64,000 nt of DNA from positions 310,001-374,000 of the IMG/VR virus record IMGVR_UViG_3300047558_000137. The stretch is one strand, 5' to 3'. The notes beneath the pieces are model-generated. The model had not been told where the DNA came from and made no database searches. It saw only the letters and a list, made by a program, of their open reading frames with translations. Position numbers and translations under genes: made by a program. Shown here piece by piece: positions 53,374 through 63,209 of the stretch (the first letter of the stretch is position 1; the number at the start of each line of letters is the position of its first letter).

Positions 53374-54552
53374 TTACTGGAATGATAGGTTAGATACAGT
53401 GATCTCACCAACGTAGTCGCCAGCGTTACCTAGAGACGATGCTGTGTTTGTCAACTCAACATAGCCGTAACGTGTCATGAACGATACTACTGGTTCGAAT
53501 GTTGTTGGATCTAAAACAACACCAGAACTCATCAATGGGATGTATGGGCAATAGAATGCCGCTGCATCAGCTTCAGAAGAGCCTTTGTAACCAACTAGAA
53601 CTGGTTGGCTGTCACCAGCGTAACCGTCTACATAAATCTTCATTGCACCGTTCAATGTACCAACAAACTTAGTGTTTGTAGGTGCTTCGAATGTACCTTC
53701 TGTTGTACGAGCAAATGCAGAAGTAGTTGCAGATTGCAATACTGTCAATGCAGCTGGACTTACAACTGCCCAGTTACCTGCGCCACGACGTGTACGTTGT
53801 GCGATCAAGTTAGCTGTACGGTTGATCAATACTGCTAGAGCAGCGTGTTCATCACCAACGAATGTTGCTGTACCAGAAACGGCAGCTTGGTCGTATGCGT
53901 AGTCTGTAGCAGCCAACGCACGTAGAGAACCTAGGATCTCTTGGTCGATTTCAACTGTGATTTCTTGTGCCAAAGCAGCCATAATTTCAGCTTCAACGTC
54001 TAGACCGTGCATAGATTGTGCATCTTGTGCAGCTTCAAATGTCCAACGTGCTGACAACTTACGTGTCTTAGCTTCAACAACTTGTTTCAAGATTTGAACG
54101 TTGATACGGTTACCTGCAACGCCTTCTAGGGCTGCGGTAGAAGTAGCTTGTCCAGTTGTGTTGCTACCAGAGTATGCAACAGCAATCTTGAATGGGCTCA
54201 ATGCCTCGTCACCGGCTGTAGTACTTGTACCATAGCCGCTACCGTCAGCTACGCTATCAGCGTAACGAACACGTAGAGTGTGAATTTGTGCTACTGGGCC
54301 AGTCATTGGCTGAACGCCAACGATTTCGTTAGCAATAACAGTAGGCATAACACGACGGATAACTGGTAGAATTACACGGTTAAGTGTAGCTACGTTACCT
54401 GCTTGAGTTGCGCCGCCTGATGCATTTTCTGCCAACATCTTGCGTGTGTTTTCTAAGATCACACCCATAGTAGTGCGCTTAGATCCGTTTAAGCCTTCTA
54501 ACAGGGCTTCTTTTGTTTCGCCCCAACGGCTTTCTAATAATGCTTGTGTCAT
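53374..54552 (-). CDS. gp23: Major capsid protein gp23
   Basis: GVQPMTGP, VEAKTRKLSARWTFEAAQD, EITVEIDQEI, TRRGAGN, FYCPYIPL, FMTRYG. Confidence 0.97.
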   Translation of the reverse strand: MTQALLESRWGETKEALLEGLNGSKRTTMGVILENTRKMLAENASGGATQAGNVATLNRVILPVIRRVMPTVIANEIVGVQPMTGPVAQIHTLRVRYADSVADGSGYGTSTTAGDEALSPFKIAVAYSGSNTTGQATSTAALEGVAGNRINVQILKQVVEAKTRKLSARWTFEAAQDAQSMHGLDVEAEIMAALAQEITVEIDQEILGSLRALAATDYAYDQAAVSGTATFVGDEHAALAVLINRTANLIAQRTRRGAGNWAVVSPAALTVLQSATTSAFARTTEGTFEAPTNTKFVGTLNGAMKIYVDGYAGDSQPVLVGYKGSSEADAAAFYCPYIPLMSSGVVLDPTTFEPVVSFMTRYGYVELTNTASSLGNAGDYVGEITVSNLSFQ

Positions 54553-54577
54553 AATACCTTTTTCTCCTATTTAGGGT

Positions 54578-55699
54578 TTATTTAAGCCCTGCTAAACGTT
54601 TGATTTCAAACACATTGTCTTGCGACTCTGTTTTTGCAACTTCAACGGCAGTTTTAGCAGTTTTATCACCAGTAACTTCTACTACACGACTTTCTGTCAA
54701 CATAGCTGCTTTAGGGGCAGACTCTTTAACAGTAGTTGTATTATTTAGAACTGCTGGTAGATACTTTTCGTATGCACTCTGTAATTTATCAGTTTGCACA
54801 CTTTCTAGTAAATCACGCATAACAGTGGCTTTTTCCTTGTTCAATGGCTTCAACATTTCTGCAAGTTTTTCCTTGCGTTCTGCTGATTCCTTGATAATGC
54901 GGATTTCTTTCTCTTTACTCTCAACTACGGCTTGTTTGCTTTCAATTACCTGAACTGCTTCAGACAATTTGTTAGTTACTTTAGCTACAGTAGCTTGTAA
55001 CTCACGGATTTGCTTGTTCTCATTTAGATGAGTACCAGCGAATTCGCTTGCAAACGCTTCAAATAGACGACGACCAAACATGTTCTCACGAGCAACTTGG
55101 ATGTCTTCTTTTAGTTGAGTCAACTCTGACTCTAACGAACTGGATACGGCCTCTTTAACAGCCTGTGCAGATTGAGTAATGAACTTGCTTTGTAGTTCAG
55201 CTAGTTTAGCCTTACCTTCAGCAACAAGTTTAACCTTAGCTTCCACTACGGCACGCTTGTCTGATTCAAACTCTTTAATTTCTTCTGCCAGAGCGCGGAT
55301 TACAAATTGTTCTAATTTGCCAACTGCATTTTCGTAAGTTTTACGATCTGCACGTAGTTCTTTGATTTCTTCGGCTAGTTTAGTAACCATGAAACTGTTG
55401 AACTTTTCTGCGCTTTCATTCATGTGTGACTTGAATTTCACACGATCTTCTGCTAATTTTTTCTTTTCGTCTGCGAACTCAGAAAGTTCAGCAGTGAGAG
55501 ACTCAGTAACCATTTTGTCTAGAGCTTCAACCATAACTTGTTTGTCATGTTGGTAACGTTGTGCGAATTCTTCACGTAGCTCAGCACGTACAGATTCTTT
55601 AGCTTCGGCAATACGAGATTCCCAAGCCTCAGCAATAGCTGTGCGTGTGTCTTCGTTAATAATTCCGTTATCCAACAATGGTTTGATAGCATCTAACAT
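54578..55699 (-). CDS. gp22: Prohead core scaffold gp22
   Basis: Long Glu/Lys coiled coil between gp21 and gp23; GRRLFEAF. Confidence 0.88.
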   Translation of the reverse strand: MLDAIKPLLDNGIINEDTRTAIAEAWESRIAEAKESVRAELREEFAQRYQHDKQVMVEALDKMVTESLTAELSEFADEKKKLAEDRVKFKSHMNESAEKFNSFMVTKLAEEIKELRADRKTYENAVGKLEQFVIRALAEEIKEFESDKRAVVEAKVKLVAEGKAKLAELQSKFITQSAQAVKEAVSSSLESELTQLKEDIQVARENMFGRRLFEAFASEFAGTHLNENKQIRELQATVAKVTNKLSEAVQVIESKQAVVESKEKEIRIIKESAERKEKLAEMLKPLNKEKATVMRDLLESVQTDKLQSAYEKYLPAVLNNTTTVKESAPKAAMLTESRVVEVTGDKTAKTAVEVAKTESQDNVFEIKRLAGLK

Positions 55700-55713
55700 C
55701 TGGATATTTCTCC

Positions 55714-56352
55714 TTAAATTTTTAGGTCTTTGATGAGGCGTTTAACTTCCTCTTGCAAGTACTTTTGTACTCTTTGATTTTCCTTGGCTTCACGTGCCAT
55801 TTCAAAAACCTGTTGCCCACCGCGCATATTCATTAAGCCCTCATAGATTGCTTTTGGATATGCATTCGGAGCACTAGGTTGTGCTACGATGTCCACAGTA
55901 ATGATTTCAAAATCACTAACGTGGCCTGATCCTTCATTAACATTACCTGATCCACGTGAACTTACACCTAGCTTAACACCGCTTGTTAGCATTGCTTCAA
56001 CTAGATTGCCCATCGGAGTAGGTAATACTTTTAATTTTCCAAAACCACAAGGACCGTCCATCCACATTTTTTCAATCATGTGGCTAACACGGTCCAAGTT
56101 AATCTTTAAATCGTCTGGATGATCTAACTCACCCAATACGCTATAGCCCTCAGAAAGTTGGCTATTGATTGCGGTAACAGCTCGTTCAATTTCATGAACG
56201 GGATACACCCTTTGGTTAGCGTTCTTCACGCCACCTTGGATGAATATCCCTTCCATTTTAAGCGTCTTACCTTTTCCGTCAGCAGAGTCTTCGGATAAGA
56301 CCTTAATCCCTGCCCGGTCAAAAGTTAAGTGCTCTTTTAGGTACAAAGCCAT
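55714..56352 (-). CDS. gp21: Prohead protease gp21
   Basis: EGIFIQ...NANQRVYP, GELDHP, TPMG, GVSSRGSG, DIVAQPSAPNA. Confidence 0.96.
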   Translation of the reverse strand: MALYLKEHLTFDRAGIKVLSEDSADGKGKTLKMEGIFIQGGVKNANQRVYPVHEIERAVTAINSQLSEGYSVLGELDHPDDLKINLDRVSHMIEKMWMDGPCGFGKLKVLPTPMGNLVEAMLTSGVKLGVSSRGSGNVNEGSGHVSDFEIITVDIVAQPSAPNAYPKAIYEGLMNMRGGQQVFEMAREAKENQRVQKYLQEEVKRLIKDLKI

Positions 56353-56364
56353 TATCGTTCCTAA

Positions 56365-57420
56365 TTATTTACGGCCTGTGTTCTGTACTTGTACAGACTT
56401 CTTGGCTACTGGTACGCTACCGCTTGTAGTTTGGCCTTCTTTACCATGTTCAGTGCTATATTCACCTTCTTTAGTTTTGAAAGCACCACCAGCTTTACCA
56501 CCTGGAACGTTGATGTTACCAGATTTGATTTCGCCTTGGCCTTTTGTATATTCGTTGTTTGGTTTTGGTGTTGGCTTACCGTCAGCAGCTTCTTCGTTAC
56601 CCTTACCGTTAACGATGTTACCGTTGTCACCACCAAAGTCAGCACCTGGGCCATTAGGAGATTTGCCGTTAATAGGAGCCTTCTTACCGGCTGCACCAAC
56701 TGCATCACCTTCGCTAGCACCTGTTAGATTCATGTCTTGAATCTTGTCTACGTATTCGCGCATTAATTCTGCTGTAGACTTACGGCCTTCCATTTTACCG
56801 GAACCGCTCTTGCCAGATTGTGCAGAACCAGACTTACCTGATTGTGCGCTACCAGCTTTACCGCTAGCTGCTGATCCAGACTTGCCAGAACCTTTAGCAA
56901 ATGGGTTTTCACCTTCTGCAATTGGATTTTCTTCACCAGCTGGCTCTTCTTCGCCACCGAATGGGTTTCCACCTTCTTCGCCACCTTGATCTGGCTCAAC
57001 GTCACCAGCATTTAGCTCGTCGTCTCCACCTAGGATGCTGTCGAACTTAGCTAGCAATTCGTCAACTTTGTCTTCGATTGTGCTAACTTTAGATTCTAGA
57101 TCTTGTTCGCCGCCCATGTCGCCACCTGCGTCCATGCCGTGTTCACCATCAGCTGGGAAATCACCAGAAGCTTCGCCGTCATCGCCGGCTGCATCTAGAT
57201 CAAATTCGCCTTCGCCTTCGCCCATAGCTTCTTCGTCAGCTAGTTGGTTGTTTAGGTCTTGTACTTGTGCGCCATGGATGTTTTCTTCCATAGACTCTTC
57301 GTCCATGATAGATTCATAAATGTCGCGGCTCTTTTCTACAACGATGTTATGGAAAAGCTCGCGAGCTTTTTCGTTTTCATCATTGATGATGTATTCAATT
57401 AGTTTTTCAAACTTGTTCAT
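56365..57420 (-). CDS. Acidic low-complexity prohead core protein
   Basis: Between portal and protease; Asp/Glu/Gly-rich; tandem SGKSGSAQ repeats. Confidence 0.6.
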   Translation of the reverse strand: MNKFEKLIEYIINDENEKARELFHNIVVEKSRDIYESIMDEESMEENIHGAQVQDLNNQLADEEAMGEGEGEFDLDAAGDDGEASGDFPADGEHGMDAGGDMGGEQDLESKVSTIEDKVDELLAKFDSILGGDDELNAGDVEPDQGGEEGGNPFGGEEEPAGEENPIAEGENPFAKGSGKSGSAASGKAGSAQSGKSGSAQSGKSGSGKMEGRKSTAELMREYVDKIQDMNLTGASEGDAVGAAGKKAPINGKSPNGPGADFGGDNGNIVNGKGNEEAADGKPTPKPNNEYTKGQGEIKSGNINVPGGKAGGAFKTKEGEYSTEHGKEGQTTSGSVPVAKKSVQVQNTGRK

Positions 57421-57517
57421 AAGAACTCCTTAATATGTTTGGCTTTGTAAAGTTATTTACAAAACTATGTATATTTCGGGGTTAAATGGGTGTTTTTTGA
57501 AGGATTTTGCGGAATAA

Positions 57518-57751
57518 TTATAGAACGCCCGGTGCAGCACCTGGTTCTGGAGCAGGTGTGTATTGATTTGCAACGTCTTTTAATTTCTTCTCGTGCTCAA
57601 GTTTACGCACGTCATGACTGATTCGTAACTGGTGCAGGTGCCCTAGAGTAATACGGTTAGTACGGCTATCCGTGGGTTTCTTTACACTTTGGTCAGCTTT
57701 TTGGTCTTGATAACCATATGGTGCCGGATCAAATAATTCAGTTACAAACAT
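57518..57751 (-). CDS. Hypothetical late protein
   Basis: 77 aa; TAAATA 5 nt before the ATG. Confidence 0.65.
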   Translation of the reverse strand: MFVTELFDPAPYGYQDQKADQSVKKPTDSRTNRITLGHLHQLRISHDVRKLEHEKKLKDVANQYTPAPEPGAAPGVL

Positions 57752-57771
57752 AATACTATTTAACCTTTTGG

Positions 57772-59481
57772 TTATAAAACTGGGCCAGCGCCAGCTGGTG
57801 CTACTGCACCTGGCATTCCGCCCATTCCTGGAGCACCTTGTCCCATATCTGCGCCCGGAGGTCCTGCAGGAGTTTCTGGACCCAATGCTTCCATATCGCT
57901 TTGGATACCACCTGGGCTAATTCCTACACTACGCAAGCCCGGGCTTTCAACTGGTGCTGTCTCAACATTACCACGTTCTTCGTTCCATGCTGTTTCGTTT
58001 TCACTAATCTCCTGCTCAGTCATACCTAAATAACGCTTCATTAAGAAACGCTTACTTAGATAAGGGATAGGTTCTAGCTGTGTAAATGTAGCAATACGTG
58101 CAGAGTCAATGTCTGCTTGACGGTATTGTGCAAAGTTTTGTGGCTCATTAAACGTTAGATCAAACAGACTTCCATCAATATTAAAGCCTCTCCAGCGCAT
58201 AAACAGCTTGAATTCGTTGTCTAATTTGTCTGCAACCATGGACTGTAGACGTTGGCAATACTGGTTAAAGCGCCATTCTTGGATAAGTGCTGTACCTACA
58301 CGGCCGTCTGTATATGCTTGACTACCGTCATCTGCTGTAGTAGGCAAATAGCTACTAGGAATACGCAAACCACGGAATAACTTGTTAGTAAAGAAGCGCA
58401 AATCAGTAATTTCGCCTAGGTTTGCGCCGCCAGGCAATACATCTACGCTAGACCCACGACCGTCTGCTGTAGTAGGGAAGAAGTAATCTTCGTTTGTGCT
58501 TAATGGATTATATGTAGCATCCATCATGTTTTGTGCGCCCGCACCAGTTTGTGTAGGAATACGGCGCTGATGAATTTCGTTTTTAATACGTTCAACAAAT
58601 GCCATAGCCATGTGACTTGGCATGTTACCTACGTCAATCTTAAAGATTCTACGCTCCGGAGCACGTTGTACACGATAGATAATAATACTATCTTCTAGCA
58701 GTTCTTTCTGCTTAAAGACCTTAAAAATGTTCTCTAATACACTGTTACCGAAAGGCCAAAATACGTCCAGACCCTCTGTTAAACTCAGGTGTAAAATGTG
58801 TTCTGCGGCAATTGCAGCTTCGTTTTTAGCATGAGTAAAGCGACTTCCGCCACCGTACGGTGCTTGTGGCTGCACGTATGCACCCGACGGACCACCCGTT
58901 TGTGGGTGGTTAGTATAGGTATCTGTAGTAGCCACAGCGGTCATTGTTAGGTTTTGGAAGTTAGGATTTAGGTCCTTAATTAAGTATTGCTCGGGCTTTT
59001 TGCCTTCACCTTCGTTAACAATAACCTTGGTAACCTTACTCATTTCGGTCCACATTAACTTAAAGTTTTCTGGATCACGAATAAAAACTTGGTCCCCGTA
59101 CTTGATAGTATTACGGAAGATTTTGAAGATACGCTTGTTAAAATCATTAAGTGCTACCCATTGTTGTAGCTGTTCTTTAATGATTTTTACTTCGTTATCA
59201 CTTGGTTGTTCTTTATACTTGATAGTAAATGCTGTGTGATTTTCTTGGTTCTTTTGTGTACAGAACTCAGCTAAAATATCTAGAGCCGCGTTAACTTCAC
59301 TATCCATATCCATTTGTTCGTATTGGTTGTAACGCTCAACACGGTTAGGGTGCCCAATATATACTTCAGGCAACTGGCTTTGATAGTTACGGAATCCAGG
59401 ATCTGGTGCGCGGCCATTGCCCAGTGTACTCACGTTACTAGGTAAATTACTGGTCTTAAAATACTTTTTCCATCCGGCCAT
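57772..59481 (-). CDS. gp20: Portal vertex protein gp20
   Basis: LLEDSIIIYRVQRAPERRIFKIDVGNMP, EDYFFP, LPGGANLGEITD, LRIPSS. Confidence 0.97.
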   Translation of the reverse strand: MAGWKKYFKTSNLPSNVSTLGNGRAPDPGFRNYQSQLPEVYIGHPNRVERYNQYEQMDMDSEVNAALDILAEFCTQKNQENHTAFTIKYKEQPSDNEVKIIKEQLQQWVALNDFNKRIFKIFRNTIKYGDQVFIRDPENFKLMWTEMSKVTKVIVNEGEGKKPEQYLIKDLNPNFQNLTMTAVATTDTYTNHPQTGGPSGAYVQPQAPYGGGSRFTHAKNEAAIAAEHILHLSLTEGLDVFWPFGNSVLENIFKVFKQKELLEDSIIIYRVQRAPERRIFKIDVGNMPSHMAMAFVERIKNEIHQRRIPTQTGAGAQNMMDATYNPLSTNEDYFFPTTADGRGSSVDVLPGGANLGEITDLRFFTNKLFRGLRIPSSYLPTTADDGSQAYTDGRVGTALIQEWRFNQYCQRLQSMVADKLDNEFKLFMRWRGFNIDGSLFDLTFNEPQNFAQYRQADIDSARIATFTQLEPIPYLSKRFLMKRYLGMTEQEISENETAWNEERGNVETAPVESPGLRSVGISPGGIQSDMEALGPETPAGPPGADMGQGAPGMGGMPGAVAPAGAGPVL

Positions 59482-59512
59482 ATATGTTCTCTTTTATGCT
59501 ATATTTACCGCA

Positions 59513-62011
59513 TTATGCGCTTACACGATATATCTTCTCTAGTTCGCTAGCTTGGTCTTTGTTTACTTTTACTAGTTCTTCCATCTTTTCAATCATGGTT
59601 GCAAACAGCCTTGCAGTTTCATTTACACCTGTGACTTGTGCTGGTCCACTGATTAGTTCTGCACCTGCTTCACCAACAATCCCTAATTCCCCGGCACCTA
59701 ATCTTCCGCCTTTTTTCATTAGCTCAACGTGTACATGCTCACCATTTCCGCTAGCGTTAGGATGTGCTTCTGCTTTAGCTAACCCATTTAATATTTGATT
59801 AATAGCTGCTAATGTTGCATCCCGGGTACGTGGATCATTAAATTCAGCAATGTTAAGATCCGCAGCTTTACCTTGTGTGTGCTTACTATTTTTATTATTA
59901 TCTTGATGCCATTTATCATTTAATGCATTAATTGCATTAATGTGTAGGCCCGGCATACTACGTATCCTTTTAACAACTTCTACTAGTCGTTGTTCTGCGG
60001 CACCGCCGGCTGTAGCTTCACCAGGCTTACTTCCACGTAGTAAATCTGTTAGTCCTTCGTAATTGGTAGTCATACTTCCCAATGGACTAAGTTCTGCTAC
60101 TTCTAACGGCTTAGTGCTGCCGGCCATTTTTTGCGCGGCTTCCTTTTTACGTGCTTCTCTATATGCTCTAGCTTCGTTAGCCAATGCTTCATCTTGTTCT
60201 CGACGTGCTTTTGCTTTTCTTGCCGCAGCTTCTCTTTGTGCCGCTGGATCGGGCCCAGCAACCGTAGCGGCATCTTGTGCTGCTCTTACTTCTTGATTTG
60301 CCAATCGTGTTCGTTCAGCTGCACGTATTTCTTCGGCTGTTTGTGGCTTCTTGCCAGTTAATTTTTCTACTAGCTCTAGAATAACTCCAGAAAATTTATC
60401 AACAGCATCACCGAATGTTGGGCCAAATTTAGTAACTAATGTTTCATTGAAGTCTACCATCCTGGTAGCAATATTAGCCATCTTAGGTAAACTCTCGACT
60501 GTAATTTCGTCCATACGCTTTTTAAACTTTTGTATAGACTCTAATAGAGCATCGTATTCAGTTGTTGCTTTATCTGTACCAGACTTACGCTTTTTATCTT
60601 GTTCAGCTAGTTCCTTTAAGGTACTTCCTTCAAGGTTAACACGCTTGTCTGTTGCTGATACAATTTGAGATGTATTTTTGTTTAATCTAGAAACATACTC
60701 GTTTTGCGTAGCAAATGCTAATCTTGATACGTTAGCACCTTGATCTGTAAATTGCTTTAATGCACTTTCGTTGCCTTTTAATACTTCTGCAGTTGATTGA
60801 TAAAACTGTTCTTTAGTATTACGTGTGGCAGCAACCATTTCTTGTGCCATTTTTACAAATAAGCCATTACTCTGTGCATTTGCTTCTAAGCCAGCTTGAC
60901 TAATTACAGTACCGTTAACTGCAATTTCTTCAACAATATCAGCAAAATCATCGCCCATCATTGATTTAGCAATTAGAATTTGATTCTTAAGATTTTCTGC
61001 ATAGTTAGTGCCATTTCTAGCATCCTCTGCTGATAGACGATTAATAGTGGCCTGTGTTGCAGCATGTTTTAACCGTTCTTCTATTTCTTTCTTCTGTTGT
61101 GCCGCGGTCATGCCAGTTATGGCTGTCATTTCCTTAAGAGTTACTAGATAAGCGCCGGATCCTTTTTCTAAGAACTGGTAATTCTTAACCGTATCTATAC
61201 CAGCTTTTGCGGCCAGCTCTGCATATTGTGCCGCAGCTCCGTTAACAGCTTCAAACGAGCCATACATAACCAGCAGGCCTTTTTCATTATTTCTTGCTTC
61301 TCGGCCCATGGCCATAACTCTGTTGGTAGCTTGTTGTATAGTGCCGCCTAGTGTAGATAGCCCTTCAACGTTTTCTGTAACAAATTTACTATATTGAGCT
61401 ATAGACATGCCACCGGCGTGTGCAGCTTTACCCATTTCTGTTAAGTTGCCGCCAAAGGTGACACCAACTTTGCTTAGATTATTGTAATTGTCGACAAGAG
61501 CCTGGCTGTTCTCCATCATCATCTTGCCAACTTGTAGACTCATGTCTATAGCAACAGATGTGATTTTATCTACGCCAGCAATAGCTGCACCAAGGAAAGG
61601 AATACCCGAGAACATTGAGCTTAATGCGCCAGTTATAGACTTAATTGCATTTCCAAGCAAATTCATTGTAGGAATTACAGAAGTAAATGCCTTGTCGGAA
61701 GTATATATAGCCTGTGACGAATCTATAGCACCGCTAGCAAATTGATGTAATCCGCCTAATACTTTCTTAATACCCTCGGCAATGGCCTTTTCACGATCTT
61801 CTTCGTATTTTTGCTGTTTCTTTTGAGTTTCGATTAAATCAAGTTTGGCTTTAATTTCCTGCTCGGAAACTTTGTGTAACTGGGCCAGCTTCTTAATAAA
61901 GGCTTCTTCTTGTAGCTGAGCCTTTGCCATCATGCGGGCTTGGCTTTCATAGCCAGAGTTAACCGTTCCTAAAATCGAATCAAGTTTGTCTAATCTATCT
62001 TCTACAGCCAT
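59513..62011 (-). CDS. Tape-measure-like protein with C-terminal M15/LAS-type peptidase motif
   Basis: Ala/Gln-rich helical body; SKHTQGKAAD...HVHVE; tail GGRL...GIVGEAGAELI. Confidence 0.7.
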   Translation of the reverse strand: MAVEDRLDKLDSILGTVNSGYESQARMMAKAQLQEEAFIKKLAQLHKVSEQEIKAKLDLIETQKKQQKYEEDREKAIAEGIKKVLGGLHQFASGAIDSSQAIYTSDKAFTSVIPTMNLLGNAIKSITGALSSMFSGIPFLGAAIAGVDKITSVAIDMSLQVGKMMMENSQALVDNYNNLSKVGVTFGGNLTEMGKAAHAGGMSIAQYSKFVTENVEGLSTLGGTIQQATNRVMAMGREARNNEKGLLVMYGSFEAVNGAAAQYAELAAKAGIDTVKNYQFLEKGSGAYLVTLKEMTAITGMTAAQQKKEIEERLKHAATQATINRLSAEDARNGTNYAENLKNQILIAKSMMGDDFADIVEEIAVNGTVISQAGLEANAQSNGLFVKMAQEMVAATRNTKEQFYQSTAEVLKGNESALKQFTDQGANVSRLAFATQNEYVSRLNKNTSQIVSATDKRVNLEGSTLKELAEQDKKRKSGTDKATTEYDALLESIQKFKKRMDEITVESLPKMANIATRMVDFNETLVTKFGPTFGDAVDKFSGVILELVEKLTGKKPQTAEEIRAAERTRLANQEVRAAQDAATVAGPDPAAQREAAARKAKARREQDEALANEARAYREARKKEAAQKMAGSTKPLEVAELSPLGSMTTNYEGLTDLLRGSKPGEATAGGAAEQRLVEVVKRIRSMPGLHINAINALNDKWHQDNNKNSKHTQGKAADLNIAEFNDPRTRDATLAAINQILNGLAKAEAHPNASGNGEHVHVELMKKGGRLGAGELGIVGEAGAELISGPAQVTGVNETARLFATMIEKMEELVKVNKDQASELEKIYRVSA

Positions 62012-62072
62012 TTAAAATACCCAGTTAATTATGTGATAAGTACATATATCAATTATTTATGGAGTACTTTAT

Positions 62073-62918
62073 ATGAGTAGTTTATCCCCTAATCCATTGG
62101 CCAAACATTTTAGACAGCCTGCACTTTATATCAAACTTCCTAGCCACGGGCGCTGGTATCCTGAGGGCGAAATTGACATTAGTGCAACTAACGAAATCCC
62201 TGTTTACCCAATGACTGCCCGGGATGAGATCATGATGAAAACTCCCGATGCATTAATGAATGGTGCTAGCACAACACAGGTTATTAAAAGTTGCTGCCCA
62301 AGCATTAAAAACCCCGAAAATATGCCTATTGTAGATTTAGATGCAGTATTGCTAGGCATACGTCTGGCTACATATGGCCCAGAAATGGAATTTACAACGG
62401 CATGCCCTCACTGCAATACAAAAGCAGAAAAAGCCCTCAATGTATCTATTCTACTAGATAAAATTGTTTCCGGCGACTGGACGTATCCTATAAAGTATAA
62501 CGGATTGGAAATTACATTAAAGCCGCAAACATATAAAGACTTCAACGACAATAACCTAATGAACTTTGATGAGCAACGTCTATTGCAAGTAATGCAAAAC
62601 GATACAATGGATGAAGATGAAAAAGTTAAAAAATTCGACGAGATGTTTGCTAAACTAGTTGCAACCGGGATTAGTCAAGTTAGCAAAAACATTGCAAGTA
62701 TTAAAACTGCTGAAGGGGTTATAGTTGACAACCCGGACTTTATCAGAGAATTCTTAGATAATTGTGAAAAAGGCGTTTGGAATGCTATCAAAGAACGTTT
62801 AGATGCTATTAGACGTGAAAACAATTACAACGAAATAGCATTAACCTGTGAAAATGAACAATGCGGCAAAGACTTTATTGCGCCGTTTGTATTCGAGCAA
62901 TCAAATTTTTTCGTATAA
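62073..62918 (+). CDS. gp26: Baseplate hub assembly protein gp26-like (tail assembly chaperone)
   Basis: IKLPSHG, PMTARDE, DLDAVLLGIRLATYG, CPHC, ends SNFFV; GGAG SD. Confidence 0.8.
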   Translation: MSSLSPNPLAKHFRQPALYIKLPSHGRWYPEGEIDISATNEIPVYPMTARDEIMMKTPDALMNGASTTQVIKSCCPSIKNPENMPIVDLDAVLLGIRLATYGPEMEFTTACPHCNTKAEKALNVSILLDKIVSGDWTYPIKYNGLEITLKPQTYKDFNDNNLMNFDEQRLLQVMQNDTMDEDEKVKKFDEMFAKLVATGISQVSKNIASIKTAEGVIVDNPDFIREFLDNCEKGVWNAIKERLDAIRRENNYNEIALTCENEQCGKDFIAPFVFEQSNFFV

Positions 62919-63142
62919 GGCTTTTGACATTAAGCAATCAAGAGATCGTTGAATTAATTGATTCAATGAGTAAAGATGCAAAAGCCATTAAAGAAGAGCT
63001 CTTAACATTATGCTGGTATATGAGGGGCAGTGTTAGTTATGACGATTCTATGATGTTATCTCCCGAAGAAAGAGATATTATTAACAGCATTATTAAAAAG
63101 AACTTAGAAGCCACTAAGGAAACAGGATTACCATTCTTTTAA
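62903..63142 (+). CDS. gp51-like ORF, probably reached by a -1 frameshift from gp26
   Basis: Open -1 frame (RIRLLTL...LCWYMRG...LSPEER...GLPFF) entered at slippery A AAT TTT TTC; no SD before the internal ATG. Confidence 0.6.
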   Translation, partial: KFFRIRLLTLSNQEIVELIDSMSKDAKAIKEELLTLCWYMRGSVSYDDSMMLSPEERDIINSIIKKNLEATKETGLPFF

Positions 63143-63209
63143 GATCACTACGTGATCTGTTGTTTCACTTCGTTCACAACATTTATTTTATTATTACAAG
63201 AGCGAAGCG

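Noticed and set aside
56795-56895. Tandem DNA repeat as a separate element
   Set aside because: It encodes SGKSGSAQ low-complexity linker repeats with synonymous variation.
59484-59798. Plus-strand 104-aa ORF
   Set aside because: Antisense to the tape measure C-terminus and overlapping the portal promoter.
62861-62902. ORF-track start MRQRLYC for the gp51-like gene
   Set aside because: No SD and it lies inside gp26; entry by frameshift at 62903-62912 or an internal ATG is more plausible.
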